Part shown: positions 1-13,150 of the stretch, in pieces | Layout of the letters: the number at the start of each line of letters is the position of its first letter | Numbering within the stretch: position 1 is the stretch's first letter | DNA from: Ramazzottius varieornatus | Taxonomy: Eukaryota; Animalia; Tardigrada | Assembly: GCA_001949185.1 (NCBI GenBank) | Contig: BDGG01000008.1 | Span: forward strand, 1,776,761 to 1,840,760 | Length of the DNA stretch: 64,000 nucleotides | Reading direction: 5' to 3' | Notes under the pieces: generated by a model | Database searches by the model: none | Told to the model about the DNA's origin: nothing | The model's input: the letters and a program-made list of their open reading frames with translations, nothing else | Made by a program: the position numbers and the translations under genes

Positions 1-50
1 TCCTCAGCCATCGGCTATACGATTGATTGCTTGATGGGTTGTTTTTCTAG

Positions 51-1322
51 ATGAGCGTCTCGCTGAAATTCTACAAAGAGCTCCAAAGTCACGGTTGCGA
101 CGACCTTCTGAAACAACAGTATGCAGCGTTTCTGTGTCCAACGGAAGAAGGGTACAGCGTTAGCCTGGAATACGAGCTCGACAAGATCGCCGCGTGCAGT
201 CAAGAAGAGATCGACCAAGTGATCGCACAAGCAGCTTTCATCAAGCGCAACTGTTTCGCTTCGGTCTTTGAGAAATACTTTAACTTCTTGGAAAAAGGTG
301 AACTGGGACATGAAAGGGCTGTCATTCACTACCGCGACGATGAAACAATGTAAGATGACTCTTGGAAATATTGCCGATATGGGAGGGGGGCTGTGGGAGC
401 TCGGCATACAAACTCGACAAGATTGTTTTCTCAAGTGAAGTGGCGCACGTTTTTAAAGGTGTTAATCGAAAGCGTGCACCACTTGGAGAAACGATCTTGT
501 AGAGTATGGTCCGGTCATCACTGACGGCGTTTTATATTCGTTTGTAGGTATGTCGAAGCGCAGCATGACCGAGTGACGGTCATCTTCAGCACGGTGTTCA
601 AGAGCGCGGATGATATCGTCATCGGGAAAATCTTCTTGCAAGAATTCAAGGAAGGCCGCCGCGCTTCCGCCACAGCGCCACAAGTTCTCTTCTCGCACAG
701 AGACCCACCTGGAGAATTACAAGGAACCGACGCTCGAGTTGGTGAGAATATCGGATATATCACATTTGGTAAGTTCACAATCCGTTCGGTGTGTATGTAC
801 CCCAGATACCGCCAGAAAATACCCTGGAGTTTCTTTTGGGGCGTCACAGTGTTGTTGCCTCGCCACATCAACAAACAAGCCCGGGATAACACCATCAACC
901 TGATCCACACAGTCCGTGATTACATTCACTACCACATCAAGTGCTCCAAGGCCTATATCCATTCACGGATGCGAGCAAAGACTTCCGAGTTCGTCAAGGT
1001 CTTGAACAGGGCGCGACCAGAGCCTAAAGACAGGACACGCAAAACTATCACGTAAGAAAGGGGAGGCCGGCAAACGGACTCAACAAGATAGTTTTCTCCA
1101 GTGGCGCACTTTTCAGCATTATCTGTTGAATGGGTGCGCCACATTGGAAAAACTATCTTGAGTTCATTTGCCGAAGGCCCCAAAACATCGGATTCGGTCC
1201 TTTATAGTTGGTTTTTCTTCCCGAAGGATGGGCTGACGTCAGTTTTGACCCGACTACATCATCTTTCTGACTTTTGGTGTTTTTTTTCCAGGGGCAAGAC
1301 CTTCGTCCAAGCTGAATACTGA
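51..1322 (+). CDS. ARPC2: Arp2/3 complex 34 kDa subunit, 3' exons (5' end probably lies upstream of the window). Exons approx 51-349, 548-768, 850-1051, 1292-1322
   Basis: Spliced translation contains diagnostic ARPC2 stretches: [110 protein letters not shown] junctions restore the frame, and position 51 follows a ttctag acceptor. Confidence 0.95.
417..500. repeat. Short (about 80 bp) palindromic hairpin element in an ARPC2 intron; further copies at about 1084-1160, 8194-8262, 8884-8961, 10110-10190, 26995-27073
   Basis: Arms ACAAGAT(N)TT(C/T)TCCAAGTGGCGCAC ... GTGCGCCACTTGG(N)ATCTTGT around a variable loop, read directly at each site. Confidence 0.8.
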
Positions 1323-1703
1323 CACATACCGCTGAAACACCAATGCGCTTCTATGGTTCCTCGTTTCCAGTTATCTGCAGCTTCAAAGTCTCAACGGTCG
1401 GTCGCTTCGATTCGCCTTGTAAGTTTAACTTTTACTTCGATCAATAATGGTTGTTGTTCCAGTTCGCAGTTTGCAGTTTTATTTTTTATACATTCGTAAA
1501 TGTGAAGCAACACTCACGACGGTCTCGTCGTTTCGGAGTCTATGAAATCAAGGCCGAAAAACCACAAAAAATGAACATATCGAACATTCCTGTATACGAT
1601 ACGCCAAGCAACTGCTACAAAAGTTCAACGTAAGGCTTCGGAAACGTAAGGCAAAGAATACTGAAATGATTTTGTCGATGTTTGCCCACGTCGACGTCGC
1701 AGG

Positions 1704-3597
1704 TCAAAAAGACACTTCCGTTCCAGCTCGGCTGTGATACGGTGAAACGCTTCCGGGCATGTACACAGGCGCTCGTGGGGCAGGACTAGGTTGTCTCGTT
1801 CCACTGTGACCGTAAGCGGCTTCCACCGCTTGCGACGTGTTCGAATCCATATTCACTCCTGAATGCATTCCCGCATTCAGGAGCGAGCTGACTTTCGACC
1901 CAACACCACCATCCTTCGCCGGCGGTGCTTGCAGGTGCTTGTATGCCCTCACGTTATCCACCCCATTCAACAGCCCATTTACAGCGTGACCATTCCTCAT
2001 CACGCGATAGATAGGGTCGTTTGATGCGTTGCTAGAGTTGTTGTAGATGGACGAAGGTCGGACGGAAGTTCGCCGTGTGGACCCAGCTGGTAGAGGGTTG
2101 TTCCGGAGAGGGTTAGACGGAAGAACTCCGTTAGTGTAACTGTTGGACTGGTTAGGGATTGTGCTGGTGTAGGGAAGATCGTTAGGTTTGATGGACCTTG
2201 AGGTTGTTTCATAGGTGGAGTTTCGGAAGTTGGACAGGGTGGTGGGTTTGGTGGAGATACCGTAGAGCTCGTCGGGAGTACTGTGGTCGGTGCTGGATGG
2301 TTTGAGAGTTAGGGAATAGTTGGGTAGTGGGTTGGATTTCCGATCTTCGAAGCAGGTGGCATCTAAAGCGAAACGAAGAGTTCGTTTCTTCTAGCTGAAG
2401 GGAAAGTTTCCGCTTTCATAAGGCTTTGCTTACCTTTCCCTCGATAAAACACAGCCAGGAACCCTCCGCTGATGAGTGCGAAAATCTGTAGAAAAAGTCA
2501 TGGGTATAATTTCTGGTCGGTAAACAAATGTCATGAGTCCTGTCTCGATAGCCACTCTCGATGAGGTTTGGTGGTTCTTCCAAATCACATCGGGAAGCTA
2601 AAACCATGTGCAGTGTAGCACACTTCTTTTAGGGTCTTTGAGGGAAGGTCTATTTTGTGCTCTGCTTTGACGTGGAACTTACGCTGAGAAGGATCTGAAT
2701 GGAAGAGTGCGCCACTTCCACGTATTGATAGTCCAGGAGGCATTGTTCCACACGGACGATTTGTGGCTTGAAGGAAATGGGATCGATGGCGGAAAAGTTA
2801 TACGTAGGCATACATCCGGGTCCGTTCGCTAGCCACCAGTTCGACGTCCTCGTTCCCAGGTTCAGTACGTGCATATCCTGTGCGGAGAACTCGAACGTGG
2901 ACGAACTGGTATAGCTGGATTTCGCGAATACGTACCGTGATTGAGTTGATTTTAACTTACTTTTCGTAGTTCGCCAACGTCCAAATGCAGGCAAACGACG
3001 AACGCGTTCCAGCCGATCCATAACAGGTTCCACACAACAGCCTGTCAACAGCCAACAAAATCATGACAGTGAGCAAACAAAGTGCTGACAACAATAGCTC
3101 TGAACAAAGTTCATCTGAATACCATTAGAATGTTTTTGGGTTTGTTCGAGTCAGAAGAGCATGCCAAACAAATTTCACTCAGAATAACCAACTGCAAGTT
3201 TACGATTGCATTCGCTTTTACAAATCGGCATGAAGCAAATTCTCTTGTTGTAACTCAGTATAACACCTGTCGAAATTTTACATACCAGGAGGATGTACCC
3301 GCAGCGGTACTGGAGGACGCCAAAAATCCCGAGGATCACACAGATAACATGAAGAAAGTTTAGTCCAATGGACAGCCACATATAGCCCATAAAATCGAAA
3401 ACTTGTCTTTCGAAAATTGCAATCTGAAAATAATCCACATATTTGAATAATCAACGTGAAAAGATGGATCGCGAAATGCGGAATTTGTGCAGACAAATGC
3501 GGAAAGCGTTATCAACAAGAAACTAATTTTCCGTACTTACCAGCTGAATAATGCTGACCACCAGATACAAAGAGCGAACTCCGCGGTGTTGTCCCAT
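1704..3597 (-). CDS. NKAIN: Na+/K+-ATPase beta-interacting protein (NKAIN family) with a long low-complexity C-terminal tail, multi-exon
   Basis: ATG at 3597 (MGQHRGVRSLYLVVSIIQL, then gtaagt). Later exons give ERQVFDFMGYMWLSIGLNFLHVICVILGIFGVLQYR, NWWLANGPGC and CLLDYQYVEVAHSSIQILLS, matching NKAIN family motifs. The last exon (about 2363-1704) is open to TGA at 1704. Confidence 0.88.
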
Positions 3598-5862
3598 CTT
3601 GCGCCGAATACTCGTTGTTTTTCAAATTTTTCCAGATACCGCAAATTCAGTCGGACGATAACCACACTCGGTCTCGATGGTGTAATATGGAAGCTTATCA
3701 GCTAATGATCACCGTCCGTCCAGCGCTACCACATATTTTAGAATACATCCTCCTCAAGGTTGTCCATTGTCAAGTGCAGCTGAGCAGCCAACCTGTAATT
3801 AAACGCAAAAGAGTGGTCCAGTTGTATCGGCGTACCAGTACTGAACTGAGATCAAGAGCAAGTCTGGGCTTGATCGACCCACGTAAACGCCAACGTTCAA
3901 GTCGGCTGATAACGCTGTATTAATTTGTCTCGCTTGCCTACTCCCGAGATCCTCCATTATCAGTAGCTTTGTTAGCCTACCGGTAGAGCTTGATGTCTAA
4001 GCCTCTTTTAACGTCACGCCAGCTCTTGGCAGGCAGGTATCTCAACCCAACCACATTGAAGTACGAGGTAAACGACATAATTTGGGCATATCAATTTTCG
4101 CACCATAATTCGGGCAACGCGAAAGGTTTGAACATTACCTTCAACGCTTGATTCATCTCTCATCGTACGTGTGTTGATACAACATTACGCTTTTTAACAT
4201 TGGACAGACCCATCTCTATCCCAGGCCAAATTCCCGTAATTTACAACGCTTTCCCGTTCTCAAACCTATTTAAACCTCGAGGAGATGGATCAGTCTACCT
4301 CGGGAAACAAGAAGCGGTTCATTACGCGCAGCAGGAGCTGAGAAAAAATATGCCCGAATTACGAGTGAAAAACCCCTATGCCCGAATTATGTCGTTTACC
4401 TCGTACTCGTGCCTGTCGACTTACCGTCTGAAGCTCACTTGATCGACTCTGCATATCAAGCAGAGCTTGATTGAGCTGACTGGCTTACATTGACAGAAGA
4501 TCGTAGAGCTGACTTACCTGTTGCGACTTGAACTCAGATTACACTTGGTCGTACATTGTTGAAAGAGGTTTATGTAGAAAACAATGTGACGAACTTAAGA
4601 TTACATAATGGTGGGAAGGATCCGTGGGAACTGGTTCAGCACACTATGTGCCTGGTCGGCCGTTTTGATAAGACTTTTACCACTTTGTGTAGGATGGGGA
4701 CAGTGAGGAGAAAATGAGCGAGACAGCCAGCTGCGTGATATTCTCCGGAAGGTGGTAAAGGTGGCAACAATGTTTAGCTTGCGCCTCTTGTTCGCCGATG
4801 GACACTGTCCACTTTTGAAGAGAGCATATGGTTGAACCAGTCAGTCTAAGCATGCGCAGGTGCCTATGGAAGGCTTAAAGAGAGAAAGGAATTCAGAATA
4901 CCGAAGTCTGTCCGCTGGTCAGGTTAACGGGAGGGTGATCATTATTGCTTCCGCTCGATAGGTGGCGCTGCGCGTACAGTATATAGGCGGTAAGCCCGAC
5001 CACCATCATGAGCTCTGAATTTCAGAAAGATCGACGCTGTCTGCAGACAGGTTCATGGAATCTGATCGTATGATAGTACCAAATGACGCAAAAATTTGTG
5101 AGTCGTGAAGGATTACCATCTTGGAGATGGACATGTACACAATGACAATCACCATAATGCAAGGTTCATCGATGTTTATCGTTGCTCGCCTAAAGCTTGA
5201 CAAATATGTGGTTGCCGTGTTGCGCCCTTTCGATTTCTTTCGCACGCGAGCAGGCTTGGCCACCGGCACAACCTATTTTCCTCGTATTTTGTGAATTCCT
5301 GATCGTTCTCTCCTGTTGTTCGTCGCTCGCTGTTCGAGGAAGGTCCGTCATCGAGTTTTTGGAATATTTGATCGCGGTTATACAGAAACTGCAGCTTTCA
5401 GCGAACCAATTGTTGCTCGCACCAGCCAGCCGCATGTCCGGCATACCGGCGAACATTTGCGCTATTCTTTCACTCTAGGCATCGCTGATTCATTTCTCCA
5501 AGTACGTACTTATATCGTACCTTTTCTCGCTTTATGACGTTTATATTTTACTGGTCTGGCAAAGAAAAAAGCGCATGCGGATGTATATGTGAGCAATTTG
5601 CTGACAAAGCACCTCTTTTCTTACCGGTTAACAACAAGTCCACCGCTCAAAGGCGCTTGAATTTGTTTGCAGCGGCAGTTTTCATACCGGATCAAAACAG
5701 TTTATTATTCCGCCTGAAACCATATTTACAACTTTCACGGTATCTGCCACATCAAATATAGCTACTTTCACCCCTTGCTTGTCTCCAGAATTGCTGTTAG
5801 TTCCGTCGGAATAAACTATCCACCATTTGACCAGCCAGTCTTTGCGTCCTGCGCGTGTCAAC

Positions 5863-8800
5863 ATGGGAACCACGGGTTGGTTGTCCCTTCTAGCGTTACT
5901 CGTTGGAGCAGCCGTTGCAGAAAATGATGCCACCATGCAACTTGTTGATCTTGTCCAGGATGTCGACTTTACTCCACCTCCGTAAGCAAAATTTAACACA
6001 GATCAAATGGGTGACCGCCAAACAAACGGGTGTCCGCAATGTCGAGAGGATCGTTGTCTCAGCTGGCGCGTTTTTCGGTGGAACTGGCTGGTAATGTGCG
6101 CTAGTTGAGGTGACAGTCATTCCGAGATTGTTTGCCGGCCACCCCAATTTTTTTTTCCTATTTCCAATGTTTTTATTTCTCCGACCGGTTATTAGGATCG
6201 TGTATTATGTGACTTCGCCGAGGGTAGTTCGCAATGCTCGTCCCTATCCCGTCTCGGTGACCATCCAGAACGCTTCGTCGCCGGTTGCAATCAGCATTCA
6301 ACTGATGGAAAAGTTTACGCCCTTCTATCGATATGGGGATGCGTTAGAAACTGACTATTCCGAGAAGGAAACAGTTTTGGCTGTCATCAATGGAACGGTG
6401 AACCCCAGAACCACGCAAAAGTTTACCCTTCCCGTAAGTACACGTGCAGTGGGGTAAACGAGCTGGGTGAACGAAACCCACAAGATTGTATGCTTTGACT
6501 TTGCTTAGGTTCCGGCAGTGGGAAAGGACTTTGGGAACCGGTGGGGGAGAGGCAGCTCAAATCGTGGACTGCGAATACAAGGGCGAGACAGCAACGGAAA
6601 CAGTTTCACCGATGAGTCCTACCAGATAAACATTGAAAAGAAGAACAATCTCATCTTCATACAAACCGATAAGCCCTTGTACAAACTGGGAGACAGCGTC
6701 AAGTTTCGTGTTATCGTCGTCGATCTGTCCTTGAAGCCGGCCAGAGTGCCGGTGGATATCAAGATTTACGTAAGTCACACCTTTCTGACTGCCGTATTTT
6801 AATCCTTACAGCTACAGTATTCCCTACTATGACGTCTGTGCTTGAAAAGTGAAAAAAAAAGATTTCGTCTTTCGCAGGACCCACAGAGAAATTTGATTCA
6901 ACAGTTTCTCCAAGTAAACCAAGCGAACGGTAAGAGAGCAGTAAGCCCACGATATTAAATTTTGACCATTTTGGTACAATATATTTCAGCCGTTGACGTT
7001 TACAGCTCCTGCCGACCAGCAAGCTGGATTCTTCGCCAGTGATGTTCAGTTGGCTTCCGAAGCGCCGCTGGGTAGCTGGTCGATCGAAGTTTCCGCCTCG
7101 GAAGACGAAACACAGACCAAGAGCTTCCCAGTTGAGGAGTACGTCTTGCCTCGGTTCGACGTCAAGCTTAGCGCCCCTGCTTACATTATCCCGATCCAGG
7201 ACTCCTTCGAAGTCACACTGACTGCCAAGTAAGTCGCGAATAAGTATCGACAGATTTTCCAACTTGCCCAAAGTCGCTGCGGAGGTTACAGTTAGACATT
7301 ACATTGCAGTTATACTTTTGGCGAGCCCGTCAAAGGCAAAGCTGAGATTCGAGTCAGCGGACCCGGAAAATGGGTGTATGAATTGCGTCGGGAACTGAAG
7401 AACACCCGTAACTTCACCATCGATGTAAGAATAACCTTCGAGAAAAGTTACGTCCTCCCTCCGACTACCTCCAATCAAATTCGTTCGCGACTGTATTCCA
7501 CTTTTTGAGAATATATGAGGAACCATATCCAACAATACTATGGGCAAAATTCTTGCAGGATTTTAATGGAACCGCAAAGGTGCGCGTCTACGTCCGCGAT
7601 CTAGTCAACGACACCAACGAATTCTCGGACTGGAATGCCATCTCCATCGTGGCCAACGTGACCGAAGGCACGACCCAGTTGGAACGTCAAGCCAACACAC
7701 AGGCCGTTACCCTCAAACGCCAAGCCTACAAGCTGGACATTGTCAAGTCCACCAATACCTTCAAGCCCGGCTTCCCCTACACCATCTATGTCACCGCCAC
7801 CCAACACGACGGACGACCCATCCCACCTACCACCAAGAAGATGGTGGTCAAGATCAGTTCCAGTGGCTCCGCCTTCTCCAGCGGGTACTTCGATGACGAG
7901 ATCAAGACTTTTGCTGTACCGGCGAACGGCAGCGCGATGATTACGATCACGCCTGCAAAAGAAGCCAGGAACATTTTCTTCACCGCCAGACTGGGGAAGG
8001 TGTCGGCTACCACCAGCATCGGCGGATTCGACTCGCCCAGTAACTCCTTCATGCAGATTTACCCGATCACGAAGAACATCTCCGTGGGACAGACCGCCGT
8101 GTTTGATGTCCGCTTGACCAACCCGTTCACTCTGCTAAACTACACGGTAGGTCGAGAATAAACTGGAATCGCGTAGGCAAATAATTTCACCCGGATCGTT
8201 TCCCAAGTGGTGCACGTTCTCAGCCAACAACAATGAGATCGTGCGCCACCCTGAGACGAGAATTTAGGTTGCGTCATTTGCTGACGTCGGTTATAACAAA
8301 GGATGGCTCGCTACTTCTAACAATTTTTTAACGCTTTTTCTGCCACAGGATAGTTGCTTGACGAAGAAGGGTTAAGACCAAACCAAAGGCTGTTTTCTTT
8401 CTAGATGGTTGCGAAAGGACAAGTTCTGATGGAATCTTCCGTGCCGGTGAAAGACACCTCCGCCACCATTACGATACCAGTTACGGTCCAGATGGCACCA
8501 CGAGCACGCCTGCTTACCTTCTACATGCGGCCGGACAGCGAAGTCGTCGCCAACGTCATTGACTTTGAAGTTTCCGGCTTACTCCAGAACAACGTACGTT
8601 CCAGCTCTGTTTCACGTTTCTTCTCACTGTTGGGCATTCCGTCATTGAAGTTTCTGAACAGGTAACCGTCTCTGTCAGAGCACAGAACCGTACCGAATAT
8701 GCCGAACCCGGCGAGTCTGTTTCCGTACGGGTTGAGACTGCACCCCACTCTTTCGTTGGTATGTTGGCCATGGACCAAAGTCTTCTGTTACTCAAATCCG

Positions 8801-11800
8801 GAAACGACATCACCGAATCAGATGTGAGTATTGAAGAGTGCGTTACATGGATCTCAACAAGTGGAGCTCGGCCAACGAACCCAACAAGATTGTTCTCCAA
8901 AGTGGCGCACACCTTCAGCTAACAGTCCTGATAGCATGCGCCACTTGCTGAAAACAGTCTGGTCGAGTTTGCTTTCCGTGCTCTCAAACGTTGGATAGAG
9001 GTGAAAGTGATTTTCCCGCATCGTGTCTTGAATGCACGAAATCGCGTGATGCTTGAGGTGATAAGTAGTGGAACTTCTAACGAGCGTTTCGCAGATTACT
9101 GGTGCCGTGAGTGGCTTCGACACTGACAGTTGGTCTTTCGACGACGCGTTCGGTTCGAGCAAGTTCAAGTTCCCCGATGGTCGATCCGTCTTTCGTTTCC
9201 TCGAGGTACACACTTCTAACTTACTTAAAGCATCGTACTTCGTTTCAGATCATTGACAACGACGGGAAGATAATGAAATTGTTTTCCTTTTCTATTACAG
9301 CAAGCTGGTCTGGTGGTCATGAGCAATGCGGCGATTCCCGGTAACCCCAAGAACCCTGATGTGGATAGCAACTTTGGTGGACGACCTCCCGGTGTTATGT
9401 ACTCAATGGGTGGGTCTCACAAGCGCAGCAGATACCGAGCAAACGGTACCGTACACTGTTTTTCTCGTTGGGTGCAAACCACCCCAGCAATCTTTTACCG
9501 TAACAAATTCTTTGCATCCGTCTAACCACAATGGAATATCCGAACTAACCTAACAGTGGTGCTAGACTAACAGTTGTACGTGGACGGTATCCATAACCGC
9601 TCGTCGGTATCTGTCTGCATCTTCCCTTCTTTCTGACTAACCCACACTAATCCGCTGGCAACCTGGCTTCTGTAGGCATGAGTGGAGTTGCGAATGCTGG
9701 TTTTGGAGGTGCTGCCTTTGCAGGGGCAGCGGAAGCCATGCCACAAGTCGCCTTCGCAGCGGCACCCGTCATGATGGATGTTGCCACTTCCAACCGGGCT
9801 GTCGCGAAAGGAAGCGCAGGTGGCGCTACCGAGGAACCACGTTTACGCAAGGACTTCCGAGAGACCTTCCTTTACGAGACCTTCCCCAGCGGGTACGTAT
9901 CCCCGACAGGAATCCAGCCGGTACGTTGCTCTTCATGAGTTCCATTTGCAGGTCCAGTGGAGTCGTCGAGTTCAGCCGACCTGTGCCAGATACCATCACC
10001 AGCTGGGTATGCTCCGCCTTCAGCCTCAATGACGACAAGGGTCTCGGTATCACCAAAGACGCCTCCCTGGTAAGAGGTTGTCATAAATGGGTGCTGGGCA
10101 CACGATCCTTACAAGGTCGTTATCTCGAACGGCGCACCCTCTCAGCCAGTACCAACGATGTCGTGCGCCACTGGACTTAACGATCTCGTACGCTATGTTT
10201 ACCCAGCCCCCTCATCTCCGATTCAAGCACCGAGCTTCTTTCGTTGAAAAATCTGCTTCTTCATGTGCTTTGTATTCGTGCTGTAACATCGTAATCGCAA
10301 AATCCAATGACATGGCTCAGAACGGCTGAACAGCATCCAAGCACACCGCACATTTTTCACGAGAGTTTGTATGGCTGATCTGACCAAATGTACATATCTG
10401 TCTCACTCTGTAGCTGAAGGTATTCCGTCCATTCTTTGCCGTCCTTAACCTTCCCTTTGCCATTGTCCGTGGTGAGACTGTCCTTCTGGAAGTCCTGGTC
10501 TTCAACTACCTCGACGAAGACCAGACCGTCCAAGTCACCCTCGACATCACCGGTCAAGACAGCAGCGGCAACCAGTTAGCCACCGTTCCCCGTAACAAAA
10601 CCATCACTGTCAAGTCTAAGGACTCCACCTCGGTCTCCTTCCCTGTCAAGCCGGAAGTGGTCGGTCAGCTTTTGATCAAGGCCACAGCCATCTCTTCCAT
10701 GGCTGGTGACTCGCTGCAGAAGACCCTCCGCGTCAAGCCGGAAGGTATTCGCCAACAGTTCAACGCTCCGCTCTTCGTCGATCTCCGCAAGCAGAACACC
10801 TTCTCTGCTGATGTCCTCATTCCCCTACCTCGTGCTGATATCGTCCCTGGCTCGGAGAAGATAGTGTTCACCGCCATTGGCGACCTGCTTGGACCAACCA
10901 TTTACGGTAAGGTGATCGAAAACTAATTTCAACAAATTTATCCCTGACTGCCCCGCCAAACTAGCGCACTGCGCCATCGCGAAAGTGATTTTCCTGTGTG
11001 CTAGAATTTTTTCCCACTGTCTCTATATAGTGGATAAATTTATTCTACTGAGATGAATCTATCAAGCTGCATAGTTCTTCACAATGCTCACGAAGTACGC
11101 AGTATTGCTTATTTTCTACAGGTATTGACAGCTTAATCAACATGCCCTACGGTTGTGGTGAGCAAAACATGGCCCTCTTCGCCCCCAACGTCTTTGTCAT
11201 GAAGTACCTCGCCTCCGCCGGGCGACTCGACGATGACACCAAGCGTCGTCTCCTGCGCAACCTCCGCGCTGGCTACCAGCGCCAGCTGGTCTTCAAGCAC
11301 GCCGATAACTCCTACTCAGCGTTCGGTGACTCAGACTCGTCAGGCTCCACCTTCCTCACCGCCTTTGTCGCTCGCACCTTCAACCAAGCCAAAGACTTCA
11401 TCACGATCGACCAGGCCCTCATCGACAACGCCCTGACATGGCTGGTGAACCAACAAGCACCCAACGGCTCCTTCCCCGAAGTCGGTAAGGTCTTCGATCG
11501 AGAACTGCAAGGTGGAGCCGGTAAGGGCACGGCCTTGACAGCCTACGTCCTCATCACTTTGATGGAGTCCGCCCAAGCAGCAAACTTCTCCGAGCACATA
11601 CGCAACGCCACGCAGTTCTTGGACCGACAAGTGGCGGATGTCTTGAACGATCCGTACGCTCTGTCCATAGTTAACTATGCGCTTCAGCTAGCCGGCTACA
11701 GTTCGAACACAGTCTTGGCCAGTAAGCTGAACTCATTGGCTATCATCGCCAATGGTACCAAGCATTGGGCCAAGGAGAGGGAAGTGGAGACACAGACGTA

Positions 11801-12940
11801 CGGGAAATACGTGTGGGAGTATAAGTTACCGGCGAAGGATATTGAAATGACGGCCTATGGGCTGTTGGCCGCCGTGAGGAATAAGGATGTGGAAGGTGGC
11901 TTCCCCATTCTAGCCTGGCTGTTGACCAAGAGAAACCAACAAGGCGGCTTCCAGTCGTCGCAGGACACCGTCGTGGGGCTGCAAGCCATTTCAGAGTTTG
12001 CTCGGTTGACGACCACTAAAGACAGGAACATCCAAGTTAAAATTCAGACGGATGGGTATAAGAAGGATCTGACCATCAAGGAAGAGAACGCACTCGTCCT
12101 GCAGACCGAGGAGGTACAGTAAATCTTAAGCGTACCATCTGTAGTCCACTCCTTGAACTTGTCCATTTCGAGGCAGAGGTTCGCTACGAGATGGAAACCT
12201 GACATTCTTCCTACGATCTTTCTAGCCGGATAAGTTTTACGAGACCGTCCATGTTGCTGCTTCCGGTACCGGTACTGGTTTGGTTCAGATCTCCTGGATA
12301 TACTACGTGAGGAATTCCACGGACTACCAGGGTTTCGCTGTCTCGACCAATGTCCGAAATGGCAACACCGACCTCACTCTACAAGTCTGCTCGAAGTAAG
12401 TCCAGAGCACTTTCTTTCAAGGTTGATGATGACTTTCTTATCGGATATGCTGAACTAAGCGCACCATGTGCTTTTTAGCTATCAGAAGAAGACGCCGAGT
12501 AACATGGCCGTGATGGAAATCTACATGCCATCGGGATACCAAGTGGACGAGGAACAAGCCAAGAAGTTGATTGGTCCCACACCTTATCTGTCCCGAGTGG
12601 ACGTCGAGGATGAACAAACCAAAGTCAACTTGTATTTTGACAAGGTACGGAACTTAGATCAGTACTGTTTTCTGGGCGATATCAATGTTGTTCGGGATCG
12701 TTAATCGCGGTGTTTCCTTCCCAGATTTCGGAAGATAGGATTTGCGTATCGTTGATAGCCTACAGGATGTTCACTGTGAATGATTTGCAAGACGCCAACG
12801 TCGTCGTGTACGATTACTACAACCCTATGGACCGAAATACCGTAACTTTCAACGCCAACAAGAAATCATCGAATCCGCCAGAGACAGATTTCCTCATAGG
12901 CGATACGGATTCTGTTGCCATCTCACAGTCCACCGAATAG
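5863..12940 (+). CDS. Thioester-containing protein (TEP/CD109-like, alpha-2-macroglobulin superfamily), secreted, multi-exon
   Basis: Signal peptide MGTTGWLSLLALLVGAAVA from ATG 5863. Family motifs: IFIQTDKPLYKLGDSVKFRV, VEEYVLPRFDV, RLRKDFRETFLY, VPDTITSWVCSAFSL, thioester MPYGCGEQNM (11142-11171), GGFQSSQDTVVGLQA, receptor-binding-domain SNMAVMEIYMPSGY and VYDYYNP. Stop at 12940. Confidence 0.95.
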
Positions 12941-13150
12941 CTGCGGGATGGCCACCGAATATTAAACCTTTTGGTACCAACTATACGTGTTATCTTCTCC
13001 AAACTTGAAATGTGCACGAGTTTTAACTATTATACATAGACACAAATTAGCACATGATCTTTCTGTACCACGCATGTGCGTCAGGTTTCTCGTTAGATAC
13101 TTTGGGTCTCGGAAACCGGACTAAAGTCTTGTCCGTAATAAAACAAAGTA

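Noticed and set aside
769-849. Apparent 27-aa insertion in ARPC2 (similar read-through in ORFs of gene A, gene E and the P450)
   Set aside because: Stop-free GT-AG introns of 3n length. Removing them restores the conserved sequence.
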